A DNA stretch of 64,000 nt from Perkinsus chesapeaki ATCC PRA-425 (taxonomy: Eukaryota; Protista; Perkinsozoa), in NCBI GenBank assembly GCA_013115145.1, contig JAAPAO010000054.1:36475-100474 (forward strand), in the 5' to 3' direction. Of this stretch, positions 49,231 through 63,791 are shown in pieces. Made by a program: the position numbers and the translations under genes. Position 1 is the first letter of the stretch. Each line of letters starts with the position of its first letter. The notes below the pieces were generated by a model, which was given only the letters and a program-made list of their open reading frames with translations, was not told where the DNA came from and did no database searches.

Positions 49231-52200
49231 TCATTTCTTATGTCGTTTTGCCAAATCCCACAGTATCTGATAACGAACGGAAGACTCGAGAAGTCCCGCA
49301 CGGAGGAGTCCTACAACTTGAGCTGCATTTTTGCCGGGTGTGCCCATCACACCACCCCCTGGATGGGCTCCTGCGCCGCAAAGGTATCTAAATCGATTCG
49401 CCGTACATAATTCCGGAATCACGAAGACGAGGGAGCTCTGCTCGCGTGGTGAGAATGCTCGGTGGTAATACTAGTAAAGCTCAAGGAGCGTTTCGAGTTA
49501 GTAACTCAAAGTTACTAAATGATTCAACGTCATGGACTTTATGTAATATACCAAAGACGTGCAAGACTCACAAGCCATCAAGTGGCGTCCTGGCACTCGG
49601 TCTAGTGTATCCAAGTTGATGAAGCTGAAGCGCACCATGGAATATGTTACCCTTGTGGAGGCCGAATTCGTGCTCTAATGTGAGAGGTGTGATAACCTAC
49701 CAAATGAAGAGTATCTTAGGTTGAAGCATGCATGATATGTATTACGTCTTTATGTATCACTGAATTTGCGAAATTTGGATCATACTCGTGAATAACATCA
49801 AAAACTCTGTCAACGAACCTATCCACAAATCCAGGGTCTGCCCATGACCCATGATTGGGATTGACGTCATAAGGCGCGTATCTGACATTTATGTATTACT
49901 AGACCAAGACTAAGGATGGAACCGCAAGTGTTGGACACTGTCAAGCTTACTGTATAAATAACTGGCAAATATGATGTCCTGAGTTATAAGGCACTAAGCT
50001 TGAGTCTAGGATCTGATGGTTCTATCAAAATTATCCGCACCGTATCCACTTACACTAGGAAGAGTCATTTCAATCACTGGCCTGGTCGCCGGCATTCCCA
50101 ATCGAGCCTCTTGAGCCGCAGTTTCTATCTCGCTGAGGGATGTCTCGAAATGTATCGTCCCTTGAAGATGCTCTGGATCCAATCCCGGAATCTGCCCCAA
50201 TCACTCCCAAACTGCGGCCCCGACGGAGCCCACTTTCCCTCCGCCGTAGAGAGAGACTCAAGACGTAACACCCTGAAAACCCTTGATGACACTCACCTGT
50301 GGAAGTCTATCAATGGCGCAGTTTATTTTCATAGCGCCGCAGGAGTAGTCCGTAAACCGAATTTGGCTCGTAAATCTATCGTTCAACACATCTGGTCGAT
50401 CGGGTGCATTCAACGGCAACAACTCGAGGAAACTAAGAGCACCGAAAAAGATGGACCGAACCCGCGAATGCGCGCACAGATGGAGGAGGAAGCAAAACAG
50501 GAGCCCTTTTTGAAAAGAACTTTGCCTGTCTCACTCCTTCGCGAGGGATGGTAGGAGGATAGGAGCCACAGTCCCAAACTGCCTCACTAGTAATATATAC
50601 CGAAAGCCATATGCAAAGATGAAATGGTAAGGCTATACCTGCCACAACTTTGCCAACAGTACGGACGGTTTAAGCTACGCCGATGTGAACTAAAGTGGAT
50701 GCTCAGGGTCTAACCCCGACAGTGGCACATGCAGCAAAACACTTCGGCCCAGCGAGATGCCGAATAAATCGCCGGATTCCATGGGAGACAGTACAATGTA
50801 CCAGGCACATTAGAGAGCACGAGAACTTACGTGTGCCATGGCGTAGCGTTCGATATCACGCAGTGTCTGGCTTGAAGCTGCGTTCCGTCAATCATTTCTA
50901 CACCTGTGGCTCGACTTCCATCATGGGTTATTCGGCGCACCTGCAAGCAGCCAAACTTGGTAAGGATTTCGGAACCTTAAAGTTCAAGCTCGCTATACGT
51001 AACAGCCACCCTACACTATGCCCACTTACTTGCGCATTTGCGATAATAACTGCTCCAGCTTGTGTAGCGCGTTCTGCTATAGCCGTGGATATTTTACCCA
51101 TACCACCCTCGACATATGCCCATACTCCTTGCCTACCATTGACATTACCCATAACGTGGTGGAGAAGTACCTGCCAGTAATCGTGCGAAAGAACGCCAAG
51201 TGGAGAGGCCACACTGATATGGACTTATATGCTGCTATACTTCGTCTTATCGCGTTAGTATTGACTAACACATTCACATCCGGACCATATGATTATCATA
51301 GTCCTCATGTGTAGATTCACAATACTTAGCCAGACCTCCGCTGGAGATTGTACAACTCACAGTTCAAGTGGCCTCATGGAGCTCAATTAAACTGGAAATA
51401 GGTAAATAATTCTATTTATCAACTCACAGTTCAAGTGGCCTCATGGAGCTCAATTAAACTGGAAATAGGTAAATAATTCTATTTATTGGTGTTTGAAGAC
51501 GACGCCGTCATGCGCTCCAGGCTCGAGGGAAATGCGTTAGACATTCAGACAGTGTTGCGCTGCTCGTCCTGTCAATCTTACATATGCACTGCCACAGTCA
51601 GCCGGACTCGACATGCTGCCGATAACCGCATCAGTTGCAAGAGTCGCCTTGAGCACATCCGTTTCGAACCATCTATCCAGTATTTGTGAAGCAGGAGCGG
51701 TAAACAACTCATACTGAGTTAGACGTTCAGCTGAACTGCCACGCAGTGACTCTTACCAAGTCCGGTATAGCATCGCTGTGCTTGGTCAGCTTCTTGAGCG
51801 TCCGGACTATACGTATCGAATGGTCCACGAACTCTGGTATGCTCTTCGCATCTGACGACCAAGCCTGGAGCTCATAAGAACGAATTGTCTACCGGATGGT
51901 CGCATTGGGCACCCTTGCATGAGCGGTTCGATAACGTCACGCATCTCGTTTAAGAGTTGTTCGTACCTTCACATCAGATATCACCAATGGTTTCGCAGTG
52001 CGTACAGTGGATAAACATGAGCGTCCCTTTCCGAAAATTCTGCAATGCTCTCGATAGTCTTCTTTTGGTCGCTCCACATTAGCAGCGGTCTAACAGCTAA
52101 ACATACACGGTCAGCAATCGGCGACAATTAAACACCCTCCGATGTAGTCTAGCTGGTTAGGATTCGTGGCTCTCACCCACGCGACCGGGGTTCGAGTCCC

Positions 52201-52839
52201 CGCATCGGAACTTTTCCACGAATTTTCTAATCGCGCATCTCACCTTCCTCTATACGCCGGATGGCTCATTGGCGTCGGCGTGGCTGATGTCGGATCTCTG
52301 AGCAAATATTTAAACCCGCCAGTCCCTGATAGGGCCATCAAGAGGCACGCCGATTATACCTACATTCTCTAGTGAGATCTAAATCCTTGATTATGGCTGG
52401 ATTCAGTAGCCCAGCCAGATAGCTGCACCGGCTGTACTTGTACCTAACCCACACCAAGCAACCATCAAGTGTTGCACCTTCGAGGCCTTACCCCGGCAAT
52501 AGCTCCTCAGTCACGGCTGCGCCTCCGACTACATGTCGCCGTTCGAGCACCAGAACATCGTATCCCTGATGAGCACATCTCCAAGATCTCCGGAAGATTG
52601 TTCTCTTACTTCCTTCGCCAGATAGGCCGCAGAGATCAGACCATTGTGGCCACCTCCGATTATAATGGCATCGTACTCCTTATCCAAGAACAGCGGAGCC
52701 TCACTGCGAGGACTTGCGTACTTCGCGCTGGAACTTTCCAGTTCTACAATCGTTTCGCCATCCGCACTCACCTCACTCGAGCATCGTGCGCTTCTTGCGT
52801 CAAGCCGCTCGTCTCGTAGTTAGGCGGCAAATCTCCCAT
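49231..52839 (-). CDS. PYROXD2: PYROXD2-like / phytoene dehydrogenase-related FAD-dependent oxidoreductase; multi-exon
   Basis: [125 protein letters not shown] occur in order on spliced exons. The stop position is tentative. Confidence 0.9.
51353..51486. repeat. Exact 67-bp tandem duplication in a PYROXD2 intron
   Basis: caactcacagttcaagtggcctcatggagctcaattaaactggaaataggtaaataattctatttat starts at 51353 and again at 51420. Confidence 0.95.
52138..52210 (+). tRNA. trnE-CUC: tRNA-Glu (CTC), antisense in a PYROXD2 intron
   Basis: Acceptor stem TCCGATG/CATCGGA, anticodon stem CGTGG/CCACG with loop CTCTCAC, T arm CGGGG-TTCGAGT-CCCCG. Confidence 0.96.
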
Positions 52840-53046
52840 CTGCGGGAATGTGTAACTGCAGAAGCCGTTGATTCCCCCAACTCAGCTCACAAACCTCACT
52901 CGCGAGGGTACGGTGATCGGCTGGGTCCGAGCGGCCGAACATCACGCCAGAGCAAAGGCTCTGTCGAAGGTTCCAAAATTTCGCTGGAAACACTCGGCAA
53001 GGTGGACCATCTATAATAGGAATCCGGTTTCGATGTTGTGACCACT

Positions 53047-53893
53047 TTACTTTGGCAGCGGGTCCTGGACGTCCTCCACTCGGTCTTGATAGAAAATGTG
53101 CATCGTTGGATGATATTCAATATCGCTATCGGCGTCCGTAGGCAATGTAAACATCCCTAGAGTGTTGACCGCGCCGCCGGCTATGTACTCGGAGCACTCC
53201 CCACAGTATCTGAAGGGAAGTAGTGACCACCACGCCTAAGGCTCATTGAAAACTTCAACGCGGCTTTGGCGCAGTAGGTAGCGCGTAGGTCTCATAATCC
53301 TAAGGTCGCGAGTTCGATCCTCGCAGGCCGCATTTAAAACTCACATTCTGCTGTTCTTCCCTCCCTCTGGATACACCTCTTTCATTGGCCCCTCAAACGT
53401 AACCTGTTCTGGCCGGAAACCGGCAGTGGGTAAACTCTTGGCTGAAGTGGCGGATCGACACAGACTGAACATAAACATCATCAAGGACAGCTTCCTCATC
53501 AATAGGTCCAGATAATCTTACCTTAGCTGGACACCAACCATAGAACAGGAAACAATGTTGAAGCAATAAGAAGAGCGATCGATACAAAGTAAGCAATGAA
53601 TTCACGCATCTCATACAAGGATGAATGTACGACCTCGCGCTAATTCGGCTACAACACTTATATCGATCAACGAATACTAGGCACGTAATAGCACATTGAG
53701 CCAGAGCATATTTAGACCAGTGATGCTCCTACCTGCAATGACAAATGTAATTGATGTAACTAGGGCCTTTGGCGGTGGCAACACTTTTACCGCACCCACA
53801 CTTTCTCAGTAAATAGTTTGTATACAGTCTCAAGGAGAATGACCTTCCCATTGAGGGACCTACGAGCCTCAGTCGCCCGGACTGTAGAATCAT
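53047..53893 (-). CDS. GFA/CENP-V family zinc protein (glutathione-dependent formaldehyde-activating enzyme-like)
   Basis: Spliced exons read KCGCGKSVATAKGPSYINYICHCS-LCRSATSAKSLPTAGFRPEQVTFEG...YCGECS...HPTMHIFYQDRVEDVQDPLPK*, giving the CxC, CHCxxC, CxxC and HIFY..RV.D..D.LPK signatures. Confidence 0.8.
53260..53332 (+). tRNA. trnM-CAU: Elongator tRNA-Met (CAT), antisense in a GFA-gene intron
   Basis: GCGGCTT/AGGCCGC acceptor with G1:C72 (not initiator A1:U72), anticodon loop CTCATAA, T arm GCGAG-TTCGATC-CTCGC. Confidence 0.96.
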
Positions 53894-54199
53894 ACCGATG
53901 AAAAATCAACTTAATAATTAAAGAGTAGCCAAACGTTCCCTAAAGAAGGATAAACCAGACGATCATAGCCTATAACTCATAGGGAAACACTTGGTTATCG
54001 GATGGGCACATGTATAGATAATATATGCTAAACGTATAAAGCCTAATATGTGATATTGAAATTCCAAGATCACAAAACCGTAGTTGATAAGAACTTGACG
54101 CGCAGTTTAGGAGTACCCCGCTTAGTAACGAACCCGCTGTGACACTATTAAACAAAACACAATGAAGCAACAGAAAATTATGACAAGTTGATAATAATA

Positions 54200-55550
54200 C
54201 TATTTAACACCTCACATAACAAGGACCAAACAAGATCCACAGATTCACCAGCTTAGAAGGACTGTGACGGAAAAGTGGATTAAGACGCGGAACTTAATCC
54301 CTTTGCAATGAATCAATCCTGAAACTGACGGTTGTTTTTGAAATCGCGTTGTGTGAGAAGAGACAAACGAGATGAGACCTCGAATTGAGTCTAAGCGTCA
54401 CAGCTGAGTGCTGATTCAACAATCCCAGATGTACAAGGAAACAAAAAATGGCACCTTCCCCGTATGAAACCGTGAGCCCACGAAAGGCAACTGAGAATGT
54501 TTTCGAGAAATTACCGACTAGTAAAAATTTCGTTCAGATTGAGAGCAACGACATGAGAGAATACACAGTTAGTCGTAATAGAAAGAAGACACGATGGCAT
54601 CTTCAGCAACTTCAGTCACTTTAACAAGCCCGCGGCCATCGGAATGGGGAACATGCTGGCCGTTGCAAACAGCGATGCGATCGCTTTCGGCAATCAGCCT
54701 CATTTTGAGTTCGTCATCTATACCACTGTCATCTCGCGTCATTTCACTGTCGGATGCGTGCTCGTGCTTTCGACGACGCTTCACGCAGCGCTCGGAGGAC
54801 TCCGAGCGAGGGCGGCGATTTCTGATAGAAAAAGTGCAAAGATGCGCACCTACGAAGCTTACCTAGGAGCTTGTGGTTCGCTGTCGCTGCTACTGTATAC
54901 AGTTTCACTACAACAATCTTCAAAGACAGTAACGTCGGCAACTCGACGCTTTATAGCACCAACCAGACTCACGCAGACAGGAATGTTGAAAGTATCTTTA
55001 AGGTTAACCACGTTAGATACACAATAGCTCGGTTCAGACTCAAGCTGAACAACCCCTTCACCGCACTTGTTCACAGAAAAGCCATCAGTTTTAACTTCAG
55101 CAATCGTTTCGATCATGGTATATTATACGATAGAGGTAGTACTAGGATTCTTCGACAGGAGGAGGATAACCGACAGTGTAGCACACACCACTTAACATAC
55201 AATAACAACTAATAAGACAGTCCAATTAAACAACGACTTGCACAATCGCTCACGGACTTCCACCTCGACAAGAAAGCCTTACCAAGCTGTAAACCTATAA
55301 AAATATAACAAGTTGTACTGCATGCAGATCAACATCAGGTCATATGACCCAATCGCGCAATAGTCCCGAATTCAAGCCCGGCAAACTCACACACGTCGAA
55401 TCTTGAAACTAGTTCTGATGCACGCTTCGAGCTTAGGAATGCTTCACAGAGACGATACTGGACTTGACCGAAAAATCGAGACAAGGTATCGATGGGCAGC
55501 AGGAAGGCCCCATCTAAGCTACACACTCGAAATCCTACCACAAGCGCCAA
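54200..55550 (-). CDS. Unidentified multi-exon protein gene
   Basis: Co-oriented protein-like ORF pieces (55550-55335, 55116-54859, 54784-54569) separated by short intron-like gaps; no family recognised. Confidence 0.45.
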
Positions 55551-55622
55551 ACCCTACACCATATGGGGAATGAGACAACGCAAAGAGCAAGCAGCCACAC
55601 ACAGTAGGGAGAAACAAATCAT

Positions 55623-58517
55623 TTAAGGAACGACAACCGTGCACACTTCGGGCTCGCGGCCTTCCATCGCCTGCAGGGCACTCTTACTGCCAGCTTGAAC
55701 CTAAAATACACCAACCGGGAATTGAACCCACGCCCTTTCGGATGATGAACGAGGCAATTACAATGTAGACTGGTATTCCCAACTCCTTAGCAACCTCAAC
55801 AGCAGACGCCAACTTAGTCTCGATACCTCCCGTTACGTCATGAGCAGGAACGCCTAAAAATGAGATACTGGCAGAGCCGACAAAGCCACCAAGAATGACA
55901 GCACGCGGCTTTTAGGCCATACCGCTCCCGTCCATGTTATCCAGGCACTGTGGCCTTCGACATGGAGTCGTGACAAAACATCAATTATTATGGCAACCAT
56001 TAGCAACATAAATTCTGCCAAACTTCGCCGCACTAGAAAATATTTTCAATCCACGAGGCTGGATGAATTCCTGTCAACAGCTACCCACTACTGAACATAT
56101 CTTACTATTCATTATATTTATCTAATATAACGGTTCATTGATTCCACGACGAGTCCCTCCCGGTTTAATAGCCTTTGCCACTTACATGTTTCAATATTCG
56201 ACTTAATATCACCCCTGGCCGATATCTTCGGTATCAGCTTTGCCCCCTCTTCATTCGGGGGCTTGTCATAAATCCCTGCAACCTAAAGTAATAATGAAGT
56301 TACAGAACATAAGCTTAATAATAGTAGTAACAAACGTATTTCATCGTCCTCTACGCGTCATCTTCTATCATATATCCGTATCACTACTAACACGTGCCCA
56401 TCCGAACCAGTTGCTTACATCAGTCAAGAAGATGCCCCTGCTAGGTCTAAAGGCTCGGCACATCCAGTAGAAAATCGTATCGCCAGACAGGATCGTGCAA
56501 ACTTGTTTTTCATCAAGCACACAGTCGCCGTGCATAACGGGGATGATACCAGCGTCGACGAGGCCGCTCAAACCGTCATAGAGAACCTGATTAAATTCGT
56601 GGCGCGCGGTAAAAATTCAAGGCTCCTACATGTCCCCATTCTCTATACCACGGAAGCTTCTTATTCTTCGTCCACAAATATCCGCAGCTTCCTGACCAAT
56701 ATCACCCATCCAAAAGTCACGCGCCACGAAATACAATACCCATGCCCACTGCCTTTAAACCGTGCTTTACGAGGACATCCACAACCATGCTGTTGAGTCG
56801 GCCAACACTCGCTCGAGTGGCCACGAAGCCCTTCGCTAGGAATCTTGACATATCGTAGAGGGCTGATAAGATACTGTACTTGAGAAAGATTCCTCCGAGG
56901 TTGATTCGAGCACGAGTTCTCCCAAGGGTAGACGTGAGAAGTGTGCCTACTACTGTCATGAGATGCAAAAATCCTATTTAATCAAATTAGGAATTTTGTT
57001 AATTTTCCTTTCCTCATATGCGTACATTCTAGCAACAATAAAAGCAGTGAATGCCAAGCGGAAGATTATCACACAGTAAAGCGCAAGAGATCGAGATCAT
57101 GCAATTACGTTTGCCGAGCCAACCTAGTTGAGATGGCGACTCTGTTGGTTAAATGTCAAGTGTGGGATTCGAACCCACGCCCTTATTACAGCCATCCTCT
57201 GGTTTGCCCGACTGTTCCTTATCTCCCTTGGACACTGCATAGTCCTTCGCTTGGAAATGACCAAAGCTACCAGCACCGTGGATTAACTGAGAAATAATAG
57301 ATTAAGCAGATACCGCTCTCACCGCGAAGAGTTCAACTTTATAACAACACGCATTGAACACTTTACCTATCCACAGGCAGCTCGGCTCTGTAGATATCGA
57401 GACTACTAATCGATTAAGCGCACAGTAGATATTAACTAATCGCCAGAAGATATTTGGTAATTTGCCAGTGGCAACTGTCAATACAAGCATATTATTATAA
57501 AATAGAAAATGACAAAGAAAAAATTAATATATAAATAAAGTAGAGAAATGTTATATTATTATTGAGAGCATTCACAATAGCCTACTCCCCGCCCACCATG
57601 CCTACCATCGGCCTCGCTCCGGAATCATCAACAGCTTTAGCCAACTGCACCGCTGTCTTACTGAGAATATCGTCATCTAAGATCTCGAACTAAAGTGAAA
57701 TGACAGAGGTAAAATAGTTCTATGAAATGCCCTTGCAAGTCCGGATGGAAATAAACTGCGAACGAGTAGCAAACAATGATGACGGTCCAATAGAGGGGAC
57801 AAAATATACGTGAGATAGGAAGGGTATGAACAATAATATTTTACAATAGAGGATTAGTGCATTACAAGTGACATATATCACACTGTGCTTTATGAGCCGC
57901 AGTAAGACCACCATTGTGAATATCCAACGATATGATTAAAAACATCTCTCTCTGGAATCTCAAGAGCTGGATTGGCTTACCTCATCCTTCTTCGTGCAGG
58001 CCGATCCTCCGATCTTGATAACGCATGTACCTGGAAAGATTCTTATGAGGTTAACTCAACGACCTCTGACGAAAGAACTAATCTACCAAACTGCGAAGAT
58101 AAGCAGTTCCTCAACCAGCAAAAACGTCAAGAAAGGGTCTCGAAAACCAACACAGAAAGTCGGCGGAAAACTCTCCTTCAGAAGGCCATGAAGGAATGTC
58201 AATAGCCGATTGCAAAAACGCATCATAGGTACGACTTCTGAAGTCGAGAGTAGTCGATCCCCTTAGGAATATCCGGGCCTGGTCGGATCTCGATTATCGG
58301 CAAACCTCGCAAACCTATCTTTAAACCAAAGATACTCGCGAGATCGGTCGGAGCAAGTAAGATTCTCAAAAGGTCAGACTTGCTACCCTTGCGGAAAACG
58401 CTATTTATTACATCTAACTTTTCGTTGCTTCCTCCAGTACACAGCGGCCACCGCAGCAACACCACACGCTACTGTAGTAACAGCAGCGATTCCGGTAACC
58501 TTACTGCAAGAGGTCAT
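55623..58517 (-). CDS. IPK: Isopentenyl phosphate kinase (amino-acid kinase superfamily) with an N-terminal hydrophobic anchor
   Basis: Exons give CVIKIGGSACTKK, LIHGAGSFGHFQAK, GFVATRASVGRLN, IIPVMHGDCVLD...ILSGDTI, FLTDV and HDVTGGIETKL; HGAGSFGH and DVTGG are IPK signatures. First exon: MTSCSKVTGIAAVTTVACVVAAVAAVYWRKQRK. Confidence 0.85.
55717..55742 (-). pseudogene. tRNA-Leu 3' fragment (variable arm plus T loop) in a 61-nt IPK intron
   Basis: Minus strand tccgaaagggcgtgggttcaattccc matches the long variable arm and T arm of eukaryotic tRNA-Leu; the T stem 3' side is broken. Confidence 0.55.
57154..57183 (-). pseudogene. tRNA-Leu 3' fragment (T arm, acceptor strand, discriminator) in a 66-nt IPK intron
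   Basis: Minus strand agggc-GTGGG-TTCGAAT-CCCAC-ACTTGAC-A is an intact tRNA-Leu-type 3' end; no 5' half precedes it. Confidence 0.65.
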
Positions 58518-59245
58518 TCAATTCAATAAAGGTTCTGAAATCTATAATGGGGATTCAGAAAGAGAAAATCTTGCTCGTCTTGCATAACTCACAATTCCTC
58601 AACGATCTTTTCGCTGTTGCTTTATCTTCGCTGGTGCCTATCATTATCCAGCTTTAGCTCCGGATTTCAAGGACTGATATTCAACTTGATCGTCACTCGT
58701 TTTGCTGCTATGAAAGCCCCTTCAGTTAGTGGCTCCAGCGGTCTTTTTACTGTTTTTCATGGTATCGTTCGCAAGGATTTGTATGTTTCAAATTTCAGTT
58801 CCTTACCGTGCCGATAGTTGTCGTTTTTCCGACTATCTTAGAAGTACGTAGTGTCTTCCATTATCGTATTATCCTTTCTGACACCTCTAGCTATCTCTAT
58901 ATGTACCCTCAAAATCGACTTTGTTGATTTTCTAGATTTTCAGCGGCTTTAGCTTAAGTCCCCTGCCCGGTCCAGGTCTTAAGCTTAGCGCTGCCTACAG
59001 TGCCAGACCTGTGTGTATCACTGTGGTGTCGGATCACTTCAGCTCGTCGGCTTCCAACAATGACTGCTTAGTCCTTCATTATAGTATTCCTTCTGTAGTC
59101 TGATATTGTTTGATAACTTCTTTGCTCGATGAAGCAGTTGTGACGAGTTTTTGCTGAGCGCGGAGACTTTCGGCGAAGTTAAGCTAGTTAGTATCTTTCT
59201 TTTTCTCAGTGTTTGCTCTATTATTAGAAGTACACACTCGTCAAC

Positions 59246-60851
59246 ATGTCAACTTCAGCTGCCGCGAGAAGTGCTGCTGCGATCAATGCCGCTGCTGTGA
59301 CCCGTGATTACACCATCAACCCCCGAGTTGAGTACCAGACCATCACCGGTGTCGAGGTGAGCCTTTCACGACCTCCTATTAATCACTTATTATTGTTGCT
59401 ACTTTTCAGGGTCCTTTGGTTATCCTAGACAATGTCAAGTTCCCCCAGTATAATGAGATTGTTAACCTTACCTTAGCCGACGGTTCCACCAGACAGGGTC
59501 AGATCTTGGAGGTTAATGGCTCTAAGGCTGTCGTCCAGGTACGCTTCACTAACATCTCAGTCGTTATGCTCTAATTATTCGACTTCAGGTGTTCGAGGGT
59601 ACCAGTGGTGTCGATAACAAGAACTGTTACATCGAGCTTACGGGTGATACCCTTAAGATGCCCATGTCTGATGAGATTATGGGCCGTTCCTTCAATGGTT
59701 CTGGTCAGCCCATCGATAAGGGTCCTTCTGTCTTGGCCGAGGAGTACTTGCCTATCAATGGTTCCCCTATTAACCCCAAGTCTCGTCAGTACCCTAAGGA
59801 GATGATTCAGACTGGTCTTTCCGCCCTTGATACCATGAACTCTGTCGTCCGTGGTCAGAAGTTGCCTTTGTTCTCTGCTGCCGGTCTTCCTCATAATGAG
59901 ATTGCCGCCCAGGTGTGCCGTCAGGCTCAGCTTGTACAAGGCAAGGATATTCACGATCACTCCAAGGAGAACTTCTCTATTATTTTCGGTGCTATGGGTG
60001 CCAATATGGAAACTGCCCGATTCTTCCGTAATGATTTCGAGGAGAATGGTTCTATGGAGAATGTCTGTCTATTCATGAACCTTGCCAACGATCCCACCAT
60101 TGAGCGTATTGTCACTCCTCGTTTCGTGCTTACCGCCGCCGAATACTTCGCTTATGAGCGTGAGCAGCATGTCTTCGTCATCTTGACCGATATGTCTTCC
60201 TATGCTGATGCTCTTCGTGAGGTCTCTGCTGCCCGTGAGGAAGTCCCCGGTCGTCGTGGTTATCCCGGTTACATGTATACCGATCTTGCCACTATCTACG
60301 AGCGTGCCGGTCGTGTTGAAGGCCGTAACGGTTCTATCACACAGTTCCCCATTCTCACCATGCCTAATGATGATATTACCCATCCTATTCCTGATCTTAC
60401 CGGTTATATTACTGAGGGACAGGTGTTCGTCGATAGAGCCCTTCACAACAGACAGGTGTATCCCCCGATTAACGTCTTGCCTTCTCTGTCCCGTTTGATG
60501 AAGTCCGGTATCGGCCGTGGTATGACTCGTGAGGATCATCCTTCTGTATCTGATCAGCTTTATGCTAACTACGCTGTTGGTGTCGATACTCGTGCCATGA
60601 AGGCTGTCGTTGGTGAGGAGGCTCTCAGTGAGGAGGATCACTTGTACTTGGAGTTCTTGGACAAGTTCGAGTCCAAGTTCTTGAGCCAAGGTCCCTATGA
60701 GAATCGTGATATCTTCCAATCATTGGATATTGCTTGGGAGCTGTTGCGTCTATTCCCCGAGACTATGCTCAAAAAGATCCCTCAGAAGATTAAGGATAAG
60801 TATTATCCTCGTGATCGTGAGGCTCAGAAGGCTGCTCAGGAGTCCAAGTAA
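59246..60851 (+). CDS. VMA2: V-type H+-ATPase subunit B; exons 59246-59356, 59410-59538, 59589-60851
   Basis: Near-canonical sequence ([83 protein letters not shown]); clean GT-AG introns; strong C/T-ending codon bias. Confidence 0.99.
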
Positions 60852-61499
60852 AATAACAAGTAGCAGTCTATGCTACTGGCTACTGCTGCTGTTATTAGTA
60901 TTGGTACCATTCATAACAGTTTTTGCTGTCATCAATCTGAAACTAAATCTTATTGGTGTCAGTGGAGTTGCGCTACGATATGTAGTAACCATCAAGTGTT
61001 TAAAATTGCCTCAAGATGATTCTCAATTTCACTAAGTCATTGGTCGTGATGAATAAGCGGCCTTATTCGGTGTGGAGATGATAATAGAGGAGAGTGTTTC
61101 TTTGAAGCAAATTCTATCTCTTGTGTTCTATACAAAGTTAATAGCCTATTACATCGTGAACACCCAAGTACGCGCAAAACTTGAATCATTTCAAACTTAG
61201 GGTAGCATCGATGGCTGTGTTCAGAGTAATGAAACCGATAATGAACTCCATTGGAGGCATTCTAGAATTGGCCTGTGGTCTCCAACTAGGAGTCTGTTCA
61301 GTATGCATGGTTTATCGGTATGATTTCCATCGGTATTTGTTTTCCTATTAATACGAGGAGATACAAAGGTACTATAACAACTCAAGACTGAAGAATATAA
61401 CAAAATATTGGGGGACTGTGCATTCCCATTAAAGAATTTATCTAATAACATGACACTTAACCAGAACTGTATCTACCAGCTGCATATTCAACCAATTTA

Positions 61500-63791
<2,292 letters not shown>

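Noticed and set aside
59571-60719. Long antisense ORFs opposite V-ATPase B
   Set aside because: Shadow frames produced by the strong codon bias of a highly conserved gene.
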